This document shows positions 23,250 through 36,626 of a stretch of DNA of 64,000 nt, piece by piece. Every line of letters begins with the position of its first letter. Within the stretch, counting starts at the first letter, position 1. This DNA is from Octopus bimaculoides. Its lineage: Eukaryota. A program made the translations under genes and the position numbers. The stretch is from NCBI RefSeq assembly GCF_001194135.2, contig NC_068999.1:31941404-32005403 (forward strand). The letters are read 5' to 3'. Under the pieces are notes generated by a model. The model searched no databases, was not told the DNA's origin, and worked only from the letters and a program-made list of their open reading frames with translations.

Positions 23250-24310
23250 TCTAGAAACAGCCAAGGCATCATCGATAGCAGCAGCAGAAATGCCAACAGA
23301 ACTAACAGCACCATCGCCAGTAATAACAACAATAACAATATCAATGACAGCAATGGAATATCCCTAATGACAACAGCAGCAGCATCAACAGCTTCCCTAA
23401 TGGCTACAGCAGCAGGCTCAACGGTTCCAATAACAGCAGCAGCAATAAGCAATAACAACAATAACGGTGACGCCAGCAACAGCAGTATCCCTAACAGAAA
23501 TTGCAGCAGAGACATCATTAATGGCATCTACAACAGCAATGGGAGCACCTCCATCAATGGCAATGACCATAATAACAACAATGGTACCTTTACCAACACT
23601 GGCAGTGGCAGCACCAACACCATCGCCACCTCCAATGACATCAACACCAGCAGAACCAGCACCAGTACCAGCACGAGCAGTGCCACTACCGGCAACAGCA
23701 GTAGCAGCGACACCAACACCAACAGACACACCACCGCCAACACCTAACCACGGAGACATGTTGGCTGTCCCAGGAACTCATTCAAACAATGCCTCTCCAA
23801 CCACAGATCCTCCTTCAGGATACTAGAAAGGAGATTCGTCACATCATTAGCCAGCCATGTATGGCAGCTGATAGATGACAGGATTCCATACACAATATCA
23901 TGGAGAATTCTAGAAAATCCAGGCCCCTACATTAACAGAACCAATTACTGTAAATTATGCATAGTAGAACAGGCAAGGATTCTAAAGGACTCCCTCAACC
24001 CAGGTAACATCCTGAACTCCAGAACAGAAGTCTTCAGACTGTGCTTAGATTTCAGGAAATTCCTGCTAGCCTATTGGAATCCATGGATAAGAGGGTCACC
24101 AGCGATAGCTAGCCAAAGGGATACAATCCTCTTTGTTGACATTAGCAATCAATGTTGACATTGAGTAACAGGATTCTTTCCTCCTCCATACTCTAGAGAG
24201 GCCACTCACTAGAGAGGACTTTAACCAACAGATTTTGGGATCTGATGATATACCATAAAGCTAAGCCCTTTATGGATGTGAAACCTAAGGTAATTCCATA
24301 AACCAGCCTT
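23250..24310 (+). mobile_element. Inverted partial copy of the same PLE (insert + YIG half + 3' UTR with hammerhead)
   Basis: Homologous to 21838-22620 in opposite orientation: RHVGCPRNSFKQCLSNHRSSF...SHVWQL...YCKLC...LNSRTE...RKFLL. Ends after the hammerhead in a TA-rich tract. Confidence 0.9.
24237..24297 (+). ncRNA. Type I hammerhead ribozyme, structurally complete
   Basis: Stem I GGGAU/AUUCC; core CUGAUGA (24242-24248); stem II CCAUAAAG/CUUUAUGG plus 3 bp beyond a bulge; GAAA (24280-24283); stem III ACC-UAA-GGU; predicted cleavage after GUA (24292). Confidence 0.88.
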
Positions 24311-24409
24311 ATATACATATATACCATTATCATCATTGTCACTAACAGAAGTTGTAGCTCTCTGAATTTATTATTCTAGCAGCTATGCTTTCTGAAAAAC
24401 CTCCACCAC

Positions 24410-24780
24410 TACAAACTTGATCACTTAGGTAACAGAAACTGTCTGATACTTCTAAGGATCCCCACTAAAAATTTGAGGGAGTCTATTTTTTGTACATTCC
24501 TGGTGTTTAATGTACCTGGACATCTGCCTAGTGTAAAGACTACTTTCTCTGTTAGTCTTCCAGTAATACCACTGCACCTCTTATGTACCCATAACTTGCA
24601 CTGTATTGAGTTTCTCCCAACACCTTTGCTACATATCAAGCAGGGCTATTACCCTGAAGAGATCAGTGATTTGTCTTTTTTCCTCCTTACTAGGACTTTG
24701 GTCTTTGCTAAATTTAGCCTAAGGCCCAGTGACTCCAATCAGTCCTTGCTTCCATACCTGAAATTTCTTATGGAGAAAAG
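24410..24780 (-). mobile_element. RTE LINE fragment with Cys-rich (PHD-like) insertion after RT
   Basis: LESLGLRLNLAKTKVL...ICSKGVGRNSIQCKLWVHKRCSGITGRL. Confidence 0.8.
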
Positions 24781-27700
24781 TCGACAGAGAGAGAAAAAGA
24801 TAGAGACAGACAGACAGGAAAAAAACAGGAAGGCAGAAAAGGAGTGATCTACCTGCTCAATTCTAACATTTTCATATCTAGCATGGCAATGAGAAACTTG
24901 TCCAATATTACAGTGCAACACATACACACAAGCACACACATGCATACACACACACATACACACACACACATACACACACACATACACACACATACACACA
25001 CACACAAAATAATGAATGTATCACACTATCACATGGTATGTGTATGCTTGTATGTCAGTGTGTATGTTTGTAAATATCAGTGTGTGTATGTGTGTATGAA
25101 AATGTAAGTATATGTCAATGAACATGTATACCCATGTCTATGTATATCAAGATGTGTCTATATATTAGTGTATGTGCTTATATATGTCTGTGTGTGTGCA
25201 CATGTGTATGTTTGTATGTCAGTAAGTGTGGATGTATGAGTGAGTGAGTGTGTGTATGTGCATGTGTGTATGTCAGAGTACATATGTGTATATGTCAATG
25301 AGAGTATGTATGTATGCATGGATGTTTGTCATTGTTCAGTTTTATTTCAAGATTTCTTGCCAAGAGAGAAAGAGCTGGTTTCTAACCTAGATCCAAGCCT
25401 CCTTCACTGGAATTGCATCATCAACAACAAGGTATTTTTGTTTGCATGTATGTGTATGTGTATGTGCAGATTTGTATGTTTTGTTTTATGCATGTATTCT
25501 CATGCATATAGATGCATATCTAGACATGCTCATAATGTATGTATGTATGTATGTATGTATATATATATATGTATATCAGTGCATGTATATATATATGTAT
25601 GTCAGTGTGTGTGTGTGTATGTGTGTGTGTGTGTATGTGTGTGTGTGTGTGCATGTGTGTGTATTAACTACCTAACATAATATCTAACCCAGTAAAAGCT
25701 TTGCCAAATTTCCTATTGATTAAGACATGTAAATTTCTGCTTTTACAAACACAAACACAAACACTCATATACATACACTACACCACATGTAGACAATATA
25801 CCACAATACATGCACGCTTATACATTCACACACACCACATTTGCACATGTAGATACATATCATCATCATTTCATGTCTGTTTTCCATGCTGGCATGGGTT
25901 GGATGGCTTGATAAGAGCTGGTAAGTCAAAGGATGATAAAGTATAATGAGAGTAACAGAGTAGTCACTGTTGGAAGGAGAAGTGAAGAAGGACCAGGGAG
26001 AAAGAACAAAGGAGGGAGTAGTGTCAGAGGTTATAGGAAATTGAGGGAGGGACAAAGTAGAAGGGTGATGGGATAGAGTGTATAGAGGTGACCTAGCACT
26101 ATCCATGTGACAAGAGTTAAATATGGGCAGAGAGGAGTGAGACAGAAAGAAAGGTGAGAAGAACGAGGATCTGCAGAAGCTGAGGCAAGAGGAATATTGC
26201 AGGTTAAGAAAGGAGTGAGATGTCTTTTATGGGGCAGCGTGAGAGACAAAGGTGTTGAGATGGTGGAGAAACTGCAAGGAGTGAATGATGAGAGAGAGAA
26301 AGGCTGAGATGGCCGAGAATTGGATAAATGCTGCAAGAGCAGTGAGAGAAAAATGAGGCTAAAGAGAACCATAAAGGTGGAGAGACAACAGAGGAAGAAT
26401 GCAGTAAAATTATCCCAAGAGGTAGGGAGGATGTAGTAGATTAATGCATCAAGAGCACCCCTGCCACCTCTCTGCCATACTTGCCTGAAAGAGCAGGTTT
26501 GCCATACTTGCTTGAAAGAGCACAGCATGTCACCAATCATCACGGTCCTTTGCCATATTTTTTGCAAGGTTCAATATCTTGAGATTAGTTTTCACCACTT
26601 CATCCCATATCTTCCTAGGTCTTCCACTTCCACGGGCCAATCAACTTTGAACACTCAACACATCTTCATGCAGCAGCAACAACTGCAGTAACATGTCTCA
26701 ATGGATACAGCAGAAAAGAAATCTCACTAAAGAACTTATTTCGGCAATGAAATATGGATATAGTAGTGAAGTATACCTCACTCTTATGCCTATTATGAGT
26801 TATGAGAACCAAGCCATCACAAGCTAATTATATGTGCCAAAAATGAAGCACAGATCCAGTTTTGAAATATAGATGGTTAAAGCTAGTTTCCTAACAATTC
26901 AGCTAGTTATGAGTGTCAGATGAATATAGAACACCCTCAGTGAAGTTCTAATCACTGAAATCAATATTTACTTTCAGCTAATGTGATATAAAATCTCAGT
27001 GTTGGTGTGTGATGATGTGGAATGAATAGATAAATTGGACACAGCAAATCATGTGGTATTATGTAGAAAATATATTGGATTGATCCACAGTTGGCATAGA
27101 TTCATACACATGATTAATCCATAAATAGCAAGGATTTATTGTCACAATTGATCTCTAAACAGTAGGAATTTCATGCACGCACTGAAATTTTTGTGTTGGA
27201 TGGATTCAGAAATATTTCATATGAAGAAATATGACAATTCTGTAAATAGAAGAAGAAATTCATAATTATGACAAATCCATAATGAAGATTGATCCACAAA
27301 TCATAATATTTTTATGAGTAGTGGGATAGTAATAAATCCATGGATTAGAATAGCAACAATACATCAGTTAATATGTATTATTGGTCTATTATTTCAAGTC
27401 AGGTAAACAGATATGTGATCCATACACACACAATCCTTTCTGTGTGTATACCATTATATATTTGTTTTTCCCTCACAAAATTGGGTAAAATACTTCTGGA
27501 ATATATTTTAGTATTTTCACAAATTATTACAAGAACTATTTTCTGTCTATATTTGCAATGATTCAGTGAAAGAGGATATAATCTACAAAAGTAAGCAGAA
27601 ATTAAACAGAAAAAAATAAAGGGAGAGCACCATCATCATCATCATCATCATCATCAACCTCCTCATCCTCATCCTCCTTATCATCATCATTCTCATCCAC

Positions 27701-28429
27701 ATCCACATCCTCATCATCATTGTTTTATGTTTACTTTTCCATGCTTGCATGGATCAAACAAGAGTGTGTGTCGGGGCAGAGTTTTTATAGCTGGATGTCC
27801 TTGTCACCAAACTCTTTAACTTGTTTCAAAGAGAAGTAATAATCTCCCAGTCTAGTGAACAACAAACATGTTTACATGAGGAACTGTAAACAAGTGACAC
27901 CATATGAGAGAAGCCTTTTGCTTACAATGGTCAAGCAACTTGTGAAAACATATCAAGAACACACACACACATACACACACACATGGTGGAAGTCAACTTG
28001 TGACCAAGTAAGATCACTTGAATATTTCATGTTTGGTTCCCTAAGAACTGATAATGTTTCATATGACTCTTAAGTCTTGCAAGGGACTTAGTCATTCCAC
28101 AGTGACTGCAAGCTTGTTTCCCTGCAGCAGCTTGACTATCTAGATGTTAGGGTTTATAATGCCACGTGAACCCACTGGCTGACCTACTCACTTTGCTACA
28201 CAAGGTGCATGAGAGATCATGCAGCATATCATATTGGTAGACAGCAGTGTTTTTGTAACTTTATTTGTGGATAGTAGTAGACAACCACATTGGTGACATG
28301 AACAAAAGTATTTTGTACTCTTCTCAGATTCACACATTCCATACATTTACATACATGTGTATGTATGTACGTATGTACATACATGCATACATACATACAT
28401 ACATACATACATACATACATACATACATA

Positions 28430-29275
28430 ACAGCTGGGCTCTCTTATCTCAGAGAAGACCTGAATGGAAAGCACTCAGCATACAAAAAACAGACCATGCA
28501 TGGGTATGTTGCCCAGAAGCTTGAAGAAGACAGTAGAATTGAAATGAAGCGCAGCCTCTCATGGACACAAGACTTTTACATCACACCTCACTTTGAAGTC
28601 TATGCATTTGCAATCCAGGAACAGGAGATTGCCACAAAGTACATGGTGAACAAGAGAGACAGTGATGCTGTTGTAATTCCAAGGGGCAACTGCATGTGTA
28701 GGCTATGTTATGTTTCTGTGGAAGACATTATGCATGTGATAAGCAGATGTCCTAAAATGTCATCATGGTACTACCTCCCTATGTGACACGATGTTGTTGT
28801 TAAAACAATTTACAATGCCATCCGCAAAAAAGACTGTCCTGAAATAAACTTAGAAAATTCCACTGTTATGGAATACATTCATAAACGCGAACTGCCCTGC
28901 AAATATAAATATCTCTTTGAAGATCAAAGAAAATGAGGGTATCTATGGACAACTGCTTCAAAACCTCCAGCTTCTATATCCAGATTATGAATTCATATTC
29001 ACACCAATAATAATTGAAGCACTAGGTTTTGTTAGAAAATGCTTAAAGGAGAATCTGGATAAACTGGGATTTTCAGATAGAGAAATTGATCGGCCAATTC
29101 ATACAGTACAAGTGCAATCTGTGAGGGGAACAGTAAAAATATGCAAGACTTTTCTCAAGTTCCAAATATGAATTAGTCTGCGTTAACTAGATCCCAAAGA
29201 TGGAGCCTTGTAGCTTTGTTTGAAACCGGTTCCCTCTTCAGTGGAAAATTTATAACAATTAAAAATTAGAAGAGA
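28430..29275 (+). mobile_element. 5'-truncated R4/Dong-like LINE (Zn knuckle + restriction-like endonuclease end)
   Basis: MHGY...AIQEQEIATKY...CRLC..SVEDIMHVISRC...*HDVV; YGQLLQNLQLLYPDY...PIIIEALG...VKICKTFLKF. 5' junction abuts (TACA)n. Confidence 0.87.
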
Positions 29276-29297
29276 CATCCATACATATAGTATATGC

Positions 29298-29414
29298 TTC
29301 TTTCTGTTTTTGTCAACCAAATTCATTCACAAGGCTTTGGTTGAACCAGGGCTATATTAGAAGACACTTGCCCAAGGTACCATGGTTTGGAACTGAACTT
29401 CTTAACCACACAGT
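29298..29414 (-). mobile_element. SINE family B 5' fragment
   Basis: Reverse complement of GGTACCTTGGGCAAGTGTCTTC...AAAGCCTTGTGAATGAATTTGG. Confidence 0.75.
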
Positions 29415-29789
29415 AGATAAATAATCAAAAATAGAGCCATACACACTCCCTGGATTATACATCATCACAGAGAAAACTAGTGTTACTCACAGAAACTTTT
29501 TGTGACACTCAAAAAGCAACTCTTGGCATTATCATGGGTAAAGACAAGGTTGAGGTCTTGGAACAGCCAGTAACCCTCTTAAGAAGTCAAAAGATCCTTT
29601 ATCTGTTGTCCAGATCCCTACAATGTTTTCAAATGCCACAGGCTGAAAATAACTATTTTTGTAATTCCAAACATTGAATGTCTTGAGAGACAAAACAACT
29701 GTTGTGATTCCATTGAGGACAAAGTGGTGTAGAAAAACCAAAATGTTTTAATCACTAGTAAAACATTCTAACTATTTGGTTCCAAAAGA

Positions 29790-29822
<33 letters not shown>

Positions 29823-29984
29823 GGCATATGGTTTAGTAGTTTGGGGTGTTTGGCTCATGATCATAAGTTCAATTGTCAGCAGCATGTGTATTATGTGTGT
29901 GTATGTATATATGCGTGTATTTGTATGTGTATGCTTGTCTGTAGGTTTCTAGACTTATTTAAATTTTTCCTGGAAGGAAGGATC

Positions 29985-30390
29985 TGGTTTTTAACAAAGA
30001 TACAAGTTCCATCATTGAAACAAAGATAGCAGAAAAACAAAGTCAAGTTTTGAATTTGAGAAAAGTTTTGCAAATTTTTACTGTTTTTTTTTTTACAGAT
30101 TGGATTTCTAATTTGTGTGCTTGCTTGTTGATTTCTTTTTCTGAAAACCCAAACTTATCCAGATTGTCACTTAGATATTTACTAACAAAACTAAAAGCAC
30201 CAATTGTTTAGTGTAAATGTTAATTTGTAATCTGAGTATAGAAGCTAAAGGTTTTGAAGTAGTTGTCTGTAGTTATCTTCTTCCTCTGATTTTTGAAGAG
30301 ATATTCACATCAGCAAGGCAGTTGACCTCAACAATGATACATACTTTTTCTTGTCTCACTCTGATGGGAAAGTTCATCCAATATTCTTCA
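29985..30390 (-). mobile_element. R4/Dong-like LINE 3' fragment
   Basis: Minus translation CIIVEVNCLADVNIS...YRQLLQNL*LLYSDY...GFSEKEI...TVKICKTFLKF, homologous to 28917-29171. Confidence 0.8.
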
Positions 30391-30395
30391 TTCTG

Positions 30396-30615
30396 TAAGG
30401 CAGCAAGCTGACAGAATCACTAGCATGCTGAGCAAAATACTTAGTGGCATTTCATCCATCTGTGTGTTCTCAGTTCAAATTCTGCTGATGTTCACTTTGC
30501 CTTTCACCCTTTTGGGGGCGATGAAAATAAGAACAATTGACCAGTGGAGTTGATGTAATCAACTTACTGCCTCCTCCGAGATTCCTGGCCTTGTGCCAAA
30601 AATTGAAGCCAATAT
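30396..30615 (+). mobile_element. SINE family C (tRNA-derived head, GCCTTTCA(T/C)CCTTT..GGG.CGAT.AAATAAG domain)
   Basis: AGGCAGCAAGCTGACAGAATC...AGTTCAAATTCTGC...TTTGCCTTTCACCC...GGCCTTGTGCCAAAA. Paralogues at 31010, 47360, 55158 and 55501. Confidence 0.78.
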
Positions 30616-31009
30616 TCCTTATACCAATGTTTATGCATGTATTTGATAACAGGTAGATTTTCTATATTTTTCCTAGGATAATTTTTTTTTCAAATAGCAT
30701 TGTATATTGATTTAGCAATATCATGTCACTTTGGAAGGTAGTACCTTGAATGACATTTTTGTGCAGCTGCTGATCCCAAGTGTGGTGTCTTTCTCAGAAA
30801 TGTGAGGACTGATATTTTTGATTGCACCCACCAGAATTGTCACATTTCACTTCATAGAGCTTCAGTGTCTCTTTTGTTTATTAGGTATATTGTAACACTC
30901 TCTTGCTTTTGGATTGCAAATGCATAGCCTTAGAGTGTGAAGTCTATATAGCAATTGCATGTCTAGAAAAGGCTGCACTTCATGTCAATATAATATTGAC
31001 ATCTTGATT

Positions 31010-31216
31010 GTGGAAAGCTGGCAGAATCATTAGCATGCCAGGAAAAAAAGCTTTGCAGCATTTACCTTTACTTTCTGAGTTCAAATTCTGCCAAGGTTGA
31101 CTTTGCCTTTCATCCTTTTGAGGTCAATAAAATAAGTACCAGTTGAACTCTGAAGTTGATATAATCGACTTAGCCCTTCCCTCAAAACTGCTAGCATTGT
31201 GCCAAAATTTGAAATC
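31010..31216 (+). mobile_element. SINE family C
   Basis: AGCTGGCAGAATCATTAGCATGCC...GAGTTCAAATTCTGCCAAGGTTGACTTTGCCTTTCATCC...AAAATAAGTACCAG. Confidence 0.82.
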
Positions 31217-32117
31217 TAATTTTTGAGAGATATACCCATGCATAATCTTTTTTTTTTTTTCATATGCTGAACATTTCATATGCAGGCCTTTTTTGAGGTA
31301 TATCAATTTAGTGGTCTGGGGGTTGTATCGGTTACCATCAGGAAGAGAATGTTTCCTGAGGAGTTCACTGCTGTCACAGTGGATGTTATTCAGTTAACTT
31401 TTCAGTGATAAGTTTATATATATATTTTGCTGCAGCAGTTTATCAGGTGCTATCTTAAAGATACTATATGGCATTCAAAGGCTATCTGCACTTATCTCAA
31501 GCCTCTACCTCCTTCATCTTTTGTTAGGTAGAGCCTGTTGATATCACTGTTTCTTCACATTTTTTTTTTCACTCTTTTCACTTTTTGCTTTTTTCTCTCT
31601 CCTTTTTTTTCCTTTTTCTCTCTTTCTTCCTCTCATTTTCTCTTCCTGCTCTCAATTTGACCTATCTCTTCTTTCTAATCATACGCATCTCTCCTCCCTC
31701 CACCCCCATCTATCCACAAATACTACCAATTCGTTCTAAAATTTTCATTCACACCACAAAGCCCTTTCGAGCGAGAAACACTGACTCCACAGCTCCATAC
31801 TTTGAAATGTCTAAACATGAACTACTATTGGAACTTACATACCATGTACAGGAAACTTTTTACCACTTCTATACACCATTTTCCTCGAATAATGGAACTG
31901 CAACTACAGTATCTTTATATATCATTCTCTTATTTCCCTCTTTTTTTCCCTATCTTCTCCTTTTCCACAATAACTCGGACACAAATATTTTCTTACACTG
32001 TCTCTGATGAAGGGATATCCCTAATATCTCAGAAACAGCTGTACGACTATTTCATTATAAATGTCCTGAAAACTCCTCACAGCCTTGGCTTTGTTATCTC
32101 ATTCTGTATAATACATT

Positions 32118-32249
<132 letters not shown>

Positions 32250-32310
32250 TGTGTGTGCATCTATGTATATATGTATGTGTGTGTATGTGTAGGAACTCGT
32301 ATCATGTCAG

Positions 32311-32362
<52 letters not shown>

Positions 32363-32366
32363 GTAT

Positions 32367-32525
32367 GACAGGTTTCCTTCAGCTTCTATCTACCATATCC
32401 ACTCACTAGGCTTTGGTCAGTACAAGGCCATAGTAGAAGACACTTGCCCAAGGTACCATGCAGTAAAACTGAACCTGGAACCATGTGGTTGTAGAGCAAG
32501 CTTCTTACCACACAGCCACACCTAT
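32367..32525 (-). mobile_element. SINE family B 5' half
   Basis: Reverse complement of GGCTGTGTGGTAAGAAGCTTGC...GGTACCTTGGGCAAGTGTCTTCTACTATGGCC. Confidence 0.82.
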
Positions 32526-33049
32526 GATGTAAACAGCAAGAAAACTGCAGCAGAGCTGCATGATAGTGGTGTCTGACATGGCATGAAAAGCATCATATAA
32601 CTTGTTTTTTTTCTTCTGTTCTGTTTTACCTTGACATGCACATTGCGCTTTTATTCTTCTCTTCTGTTTTACGAATTCAGCATGCACATGGGCATTGCAT
32701 TTTCACACTTCTCTTTCCAGTTCCTATCAAAACTGTTTACAGATCACATCCATCTCACGAACCTGCATTAGGAAAAAAATATTAAAAAGAGGCAATAAAC
32801 AAGGCTGACATGCAGTTGCTACTTTTACTGTATTAAAGAACAAATGAAACCAAACTGAATAATTTGAAACTGTATTTTATTAAATTTAATTATAAAGGAT
32901 GGACAGATTCCTTGATAGGCATTTTTCCAGACAATTAAAAGCATAACAGTCATTAAAAGTCAGTTCATGAACTAGTAACAAACCGTTACCAATAATTTTT
33001 TAATTCTTACAAAAAATTGAAAATGAACAATTTTTGCATTACAAGATTC

Positions 33050-34760
33050 TTTATTGAAAGTAATGTGAAAAGTAGTAACAGCAAATGATTTTGCACAGTT
33101 ATATTATCTTTTAATGTATTATCAACACAACTTCTCTGTCTGGTGCAATGCATTCTAGCACAAACATCTTGAGTTTAACATTTGTTATCTTTAACTGCAA
33201 GTCACCTAGCCTGGTTATAGCCAGTCTATTAATATTTTCATATAACAAGGTATTAATGTGGCTGAAACTAGGTACTACTTTGGTAAGGCAAGCAAAATCA
33301 ACTTCAAGTGTTTCCATTGATTGGGATAAGATGTCACTAAACCTTGATGATATCACAGATTTACTGTGAAGCCAATACTATGGCATCATTGTTATTTTGT
33401 AAACTTATCAAGTTTTCCTGCACATCGTCTCCGCAATCAATTACTAGAACTTCAAATGGGTTTTTTATACCAAACTGGGACAGGTAATGCCATATCCTGA
33501 AATCACCGTACCATAACATCTGGTAATGATTGCAAATAATTAAGATATGTAATGGCATTCTTGTCAACCAATTAATCTTTCAAGCTATTCAATCGTTGAA
33601 ATTGGTAGAGCAGACATTTTGAAACATTCATCTTAAATAATGTTAATTTCGAAATGAAGGCAATGACGAACAATTTACAATTGACAAAAGTTATTTGCTT
33701 TCCTTGCAATAACGTATCGAGATTATTTAATATAGCAAATATGTCACTAAGCACAAAAATGTCACATTTTGAAGAAATCAGAGAAGTGGAGAGTAGAGTA
33801 TTTTGAAAAAAATTTATTATATCAAACAATTTGACAAAGCGAACAACAGAGTTGCCATTTGACAACCATCGTACTTCAGTATGGTACAAAAATCTCACAT
33901 AGTCATGTCATCTAAATTATCAAGGCACAGTTGATAGAGAATTCATTCAGACAAAAAAACTTTGGTTTTATCTTCTTCACAGTTTTAATAACTAACCACA
34001 ATACATCACTAGACCTGCCATTGATATTTTTTCACACTAAATACTGCTGCCGGTGAGTCACACACTGAACTGTTAAAACAAGATGTGAAAGTTTAAGAGA
34101 AAAAAGAAGCCTCTTTTTCAACCTACCATAGCAGGTATTCCATCAGATGCACAAGCATGGGATATGCTCATTAAAAAATACCTTCAATAAATCTATAATA
34201 GACGTACTTTTTGAGTCATGCTACAAAAATTAAAAAAAATATCATTTAGCATTGACTTGCTACACCTGTTTATTTGTCAACTTGTGTGGAAAAATCCAGA
34301 GATTATAGATGAGTGGATGTTTGATGTCAGTGGTCATTCCCTCTATACGTCAAGAAATTGTTTCATTACTAAGTGGAATTATCTTGAATATTGTCAGACA
34401 TTTTATGCATTACTGTCAGGGTGAAGTAATATGTATGACGCACCGACCCTGTGTCCAGTAATGCAATGTTGTACAACACAATCATCTCATTATCTTGCTG
34501 CATAGTTGCTTATTAAAATTCCGAGATCAATGTTTTCCACTTTTTGAATGAGAATGTAAGAAATATGACAAAGGTTTTTCCCTTCTGGTAAGAATGCTTA
34601 GAATATAAATGATACTTTAAACATGAAGGCTTTGTTGCTTAAAAGTTGGTCGCACATAAGACACATAGGTAGTTGGCTGTTCTGAGCTGAAGCAATAAAG
34701 TTGTAAAATAAGTAATCAAGGCAGTATTGGCAACAAATTTTCTTAAATGGAGACATTGGG
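33050..34760 (-). mobile_element. Decayed hAT (Buster/Charlie-like) transposase
   Basis: N-terminal QLPMCLMCDQLLSNKA (~34690-34630); FLYHTEVRWLSNG...LSDIFAILNNLDTLLQG...FISKLTLF (33572-33898). Further fragments at 33111-33356. Confidence 0.85.
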
Positions 34761-36220
34761 GTGTTTAAAAATTATACAATGCACTGAGAAAATAGTAGGA
34801 ACAATAGGTAACAAAATTTTCATTCGCCAAGTTATATTGTTAATTGAAATGTGTTTTCAATAATCGAAAAATATGAGTGTTGTGATCAATATAATCCAAC
34901 AACTTGAAGAGGTTGTTTATGTAAACATGCATACTGGGGTGTAAACAGGCCCCTTCTTGAGATTCTCATATTTTGTCTGGTATTGTCGTCCATGCCTCCC
35001 TGTCTACAACCTGTCACCTATGTCAATTTTATGTGTGATGTCTCAGTGCTGGCGGCATCAGTATTTATCCCACAGTCACTTCTTAATTTTACTGGCAAAG
35101 TTGTGTTTGATCTTCTCTTATCTAATCTATATTAAGAAAAAGAAAATGTTATTTCACCTAAAGAACTATCTGAATGTTATTGCTGCTTCTCAAAATTATA
35201 GAAAACACCAAAAAGCTCCTTGTTTGCAGGTATAATTATATCTTATCAAAGAAAATGGGCCAGTTATTTTGGATCTTTTCCATTTGGCTGCCAAGGCTTC
35301 AAAAATTAAAGTTTATGAAAAATTTTAAAATTTGGTACATTAATGTACCGAGCTGAATTGCAGGAGCTATTTCACTTTTCCCAGAAAAATATTTTTTTAA
35401 GTTTTAGAGGTTTAGAGTTTGATAATTTTCACCCAGTCAAGAAACGGAATTTGGAAACTGTCATTTGTGAAAATTTTGAAAATAGCACATGTTGTCAATA
35501 TCTGTATTCTACACATAGAAAATGAGCAAACAACACATCTTTTGTAGTTTTAAGCATTCAATATGCATTTAATGCAATAAACAGCACATTACAAATAAAA
35601 TATTTAAAAAAAAAAAAAAACATTTAAGCATTCAATATGCATTTTGGTGAGTAAAACAGTAGAACACAGCATCATCAACTAGTGATTTCAATATATTTGT
35701 CAACATGTACTTTCTCGCAGACAAAAGAGTTCTCATGTTCAGCTTGTTATTATGGAAACAAGCATGAATGTGTCTGTGGCTTATAATTGGCTAAAATTAC
35801 CAAAATTTCCAAATTTTAATAGCTAATAATTCTTTACTTATTGATTTATAGTGAAGATGATTTTCATGGCATTGATTAGCCTATAAAAGTATATCATTAC
35901 ACTGAATATGAAATCAATTCAAACAGAAATTGAAATTGGCAGCCAAACAGGAAAGATCTGTTATTCCTCTTTAGCCTCTTATTATTATTTTATATCTACC
36001 ACATATATTTTTAAACATACATGTTTACTATTGACTTCCAGTAATGCATGCTCAAGGACCTCTTTTACATTGAGCCCTGACCGGAGTACATTTTGTGCAC
36101 ATGCGTGACAGCAATATGATTTCCCCTCCTCACCTACTTTTAATTAATTTTTACTTGGCAAACATCATTTATTGGGAACACATCTTCAAATTCATTTGTT
36201 ATTTGTGTGTGGTACAAGCC

Positions 36221-36626
36221 ATTCTTTACTTGTTTCAATCATTTGGCTATGGCCATGCTGGAACACTGCCTTTAGTCAAACAAATCAACGTCAGGACTTA
36301 TTCCTTGTAAGCCTAGTACTTATTCTATCGATTTCTTTTGCCGAACCACTAAGTTACAGGGATGTAAACACACCAACATCGTTTGTCAAGCGATGGTAGG
36401 GGGACAAATATATACACGCACACACACACACACACACACACATACATGTATATATATATATATCTAATACGGATTTCTTTGAGTTTCCATCTACCAAATC
36501 CCTTCACAAGGCTTTGGTCAGCCCAAGGCTATAGTGGAAGATACTTGCCCAAGGTGCCACATAGTGGGACTGAACCCGGAACTATGTGGTTGAGAAGCAA
36601 GCTTCTTTCCACACAGCCATGCCTAC
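36221..36626 (-). mobile_element. SINE family B, full length
   Basis: Complete reverse-complement copy with internal (CA)/(TA) tract. Confidence 0.88.
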
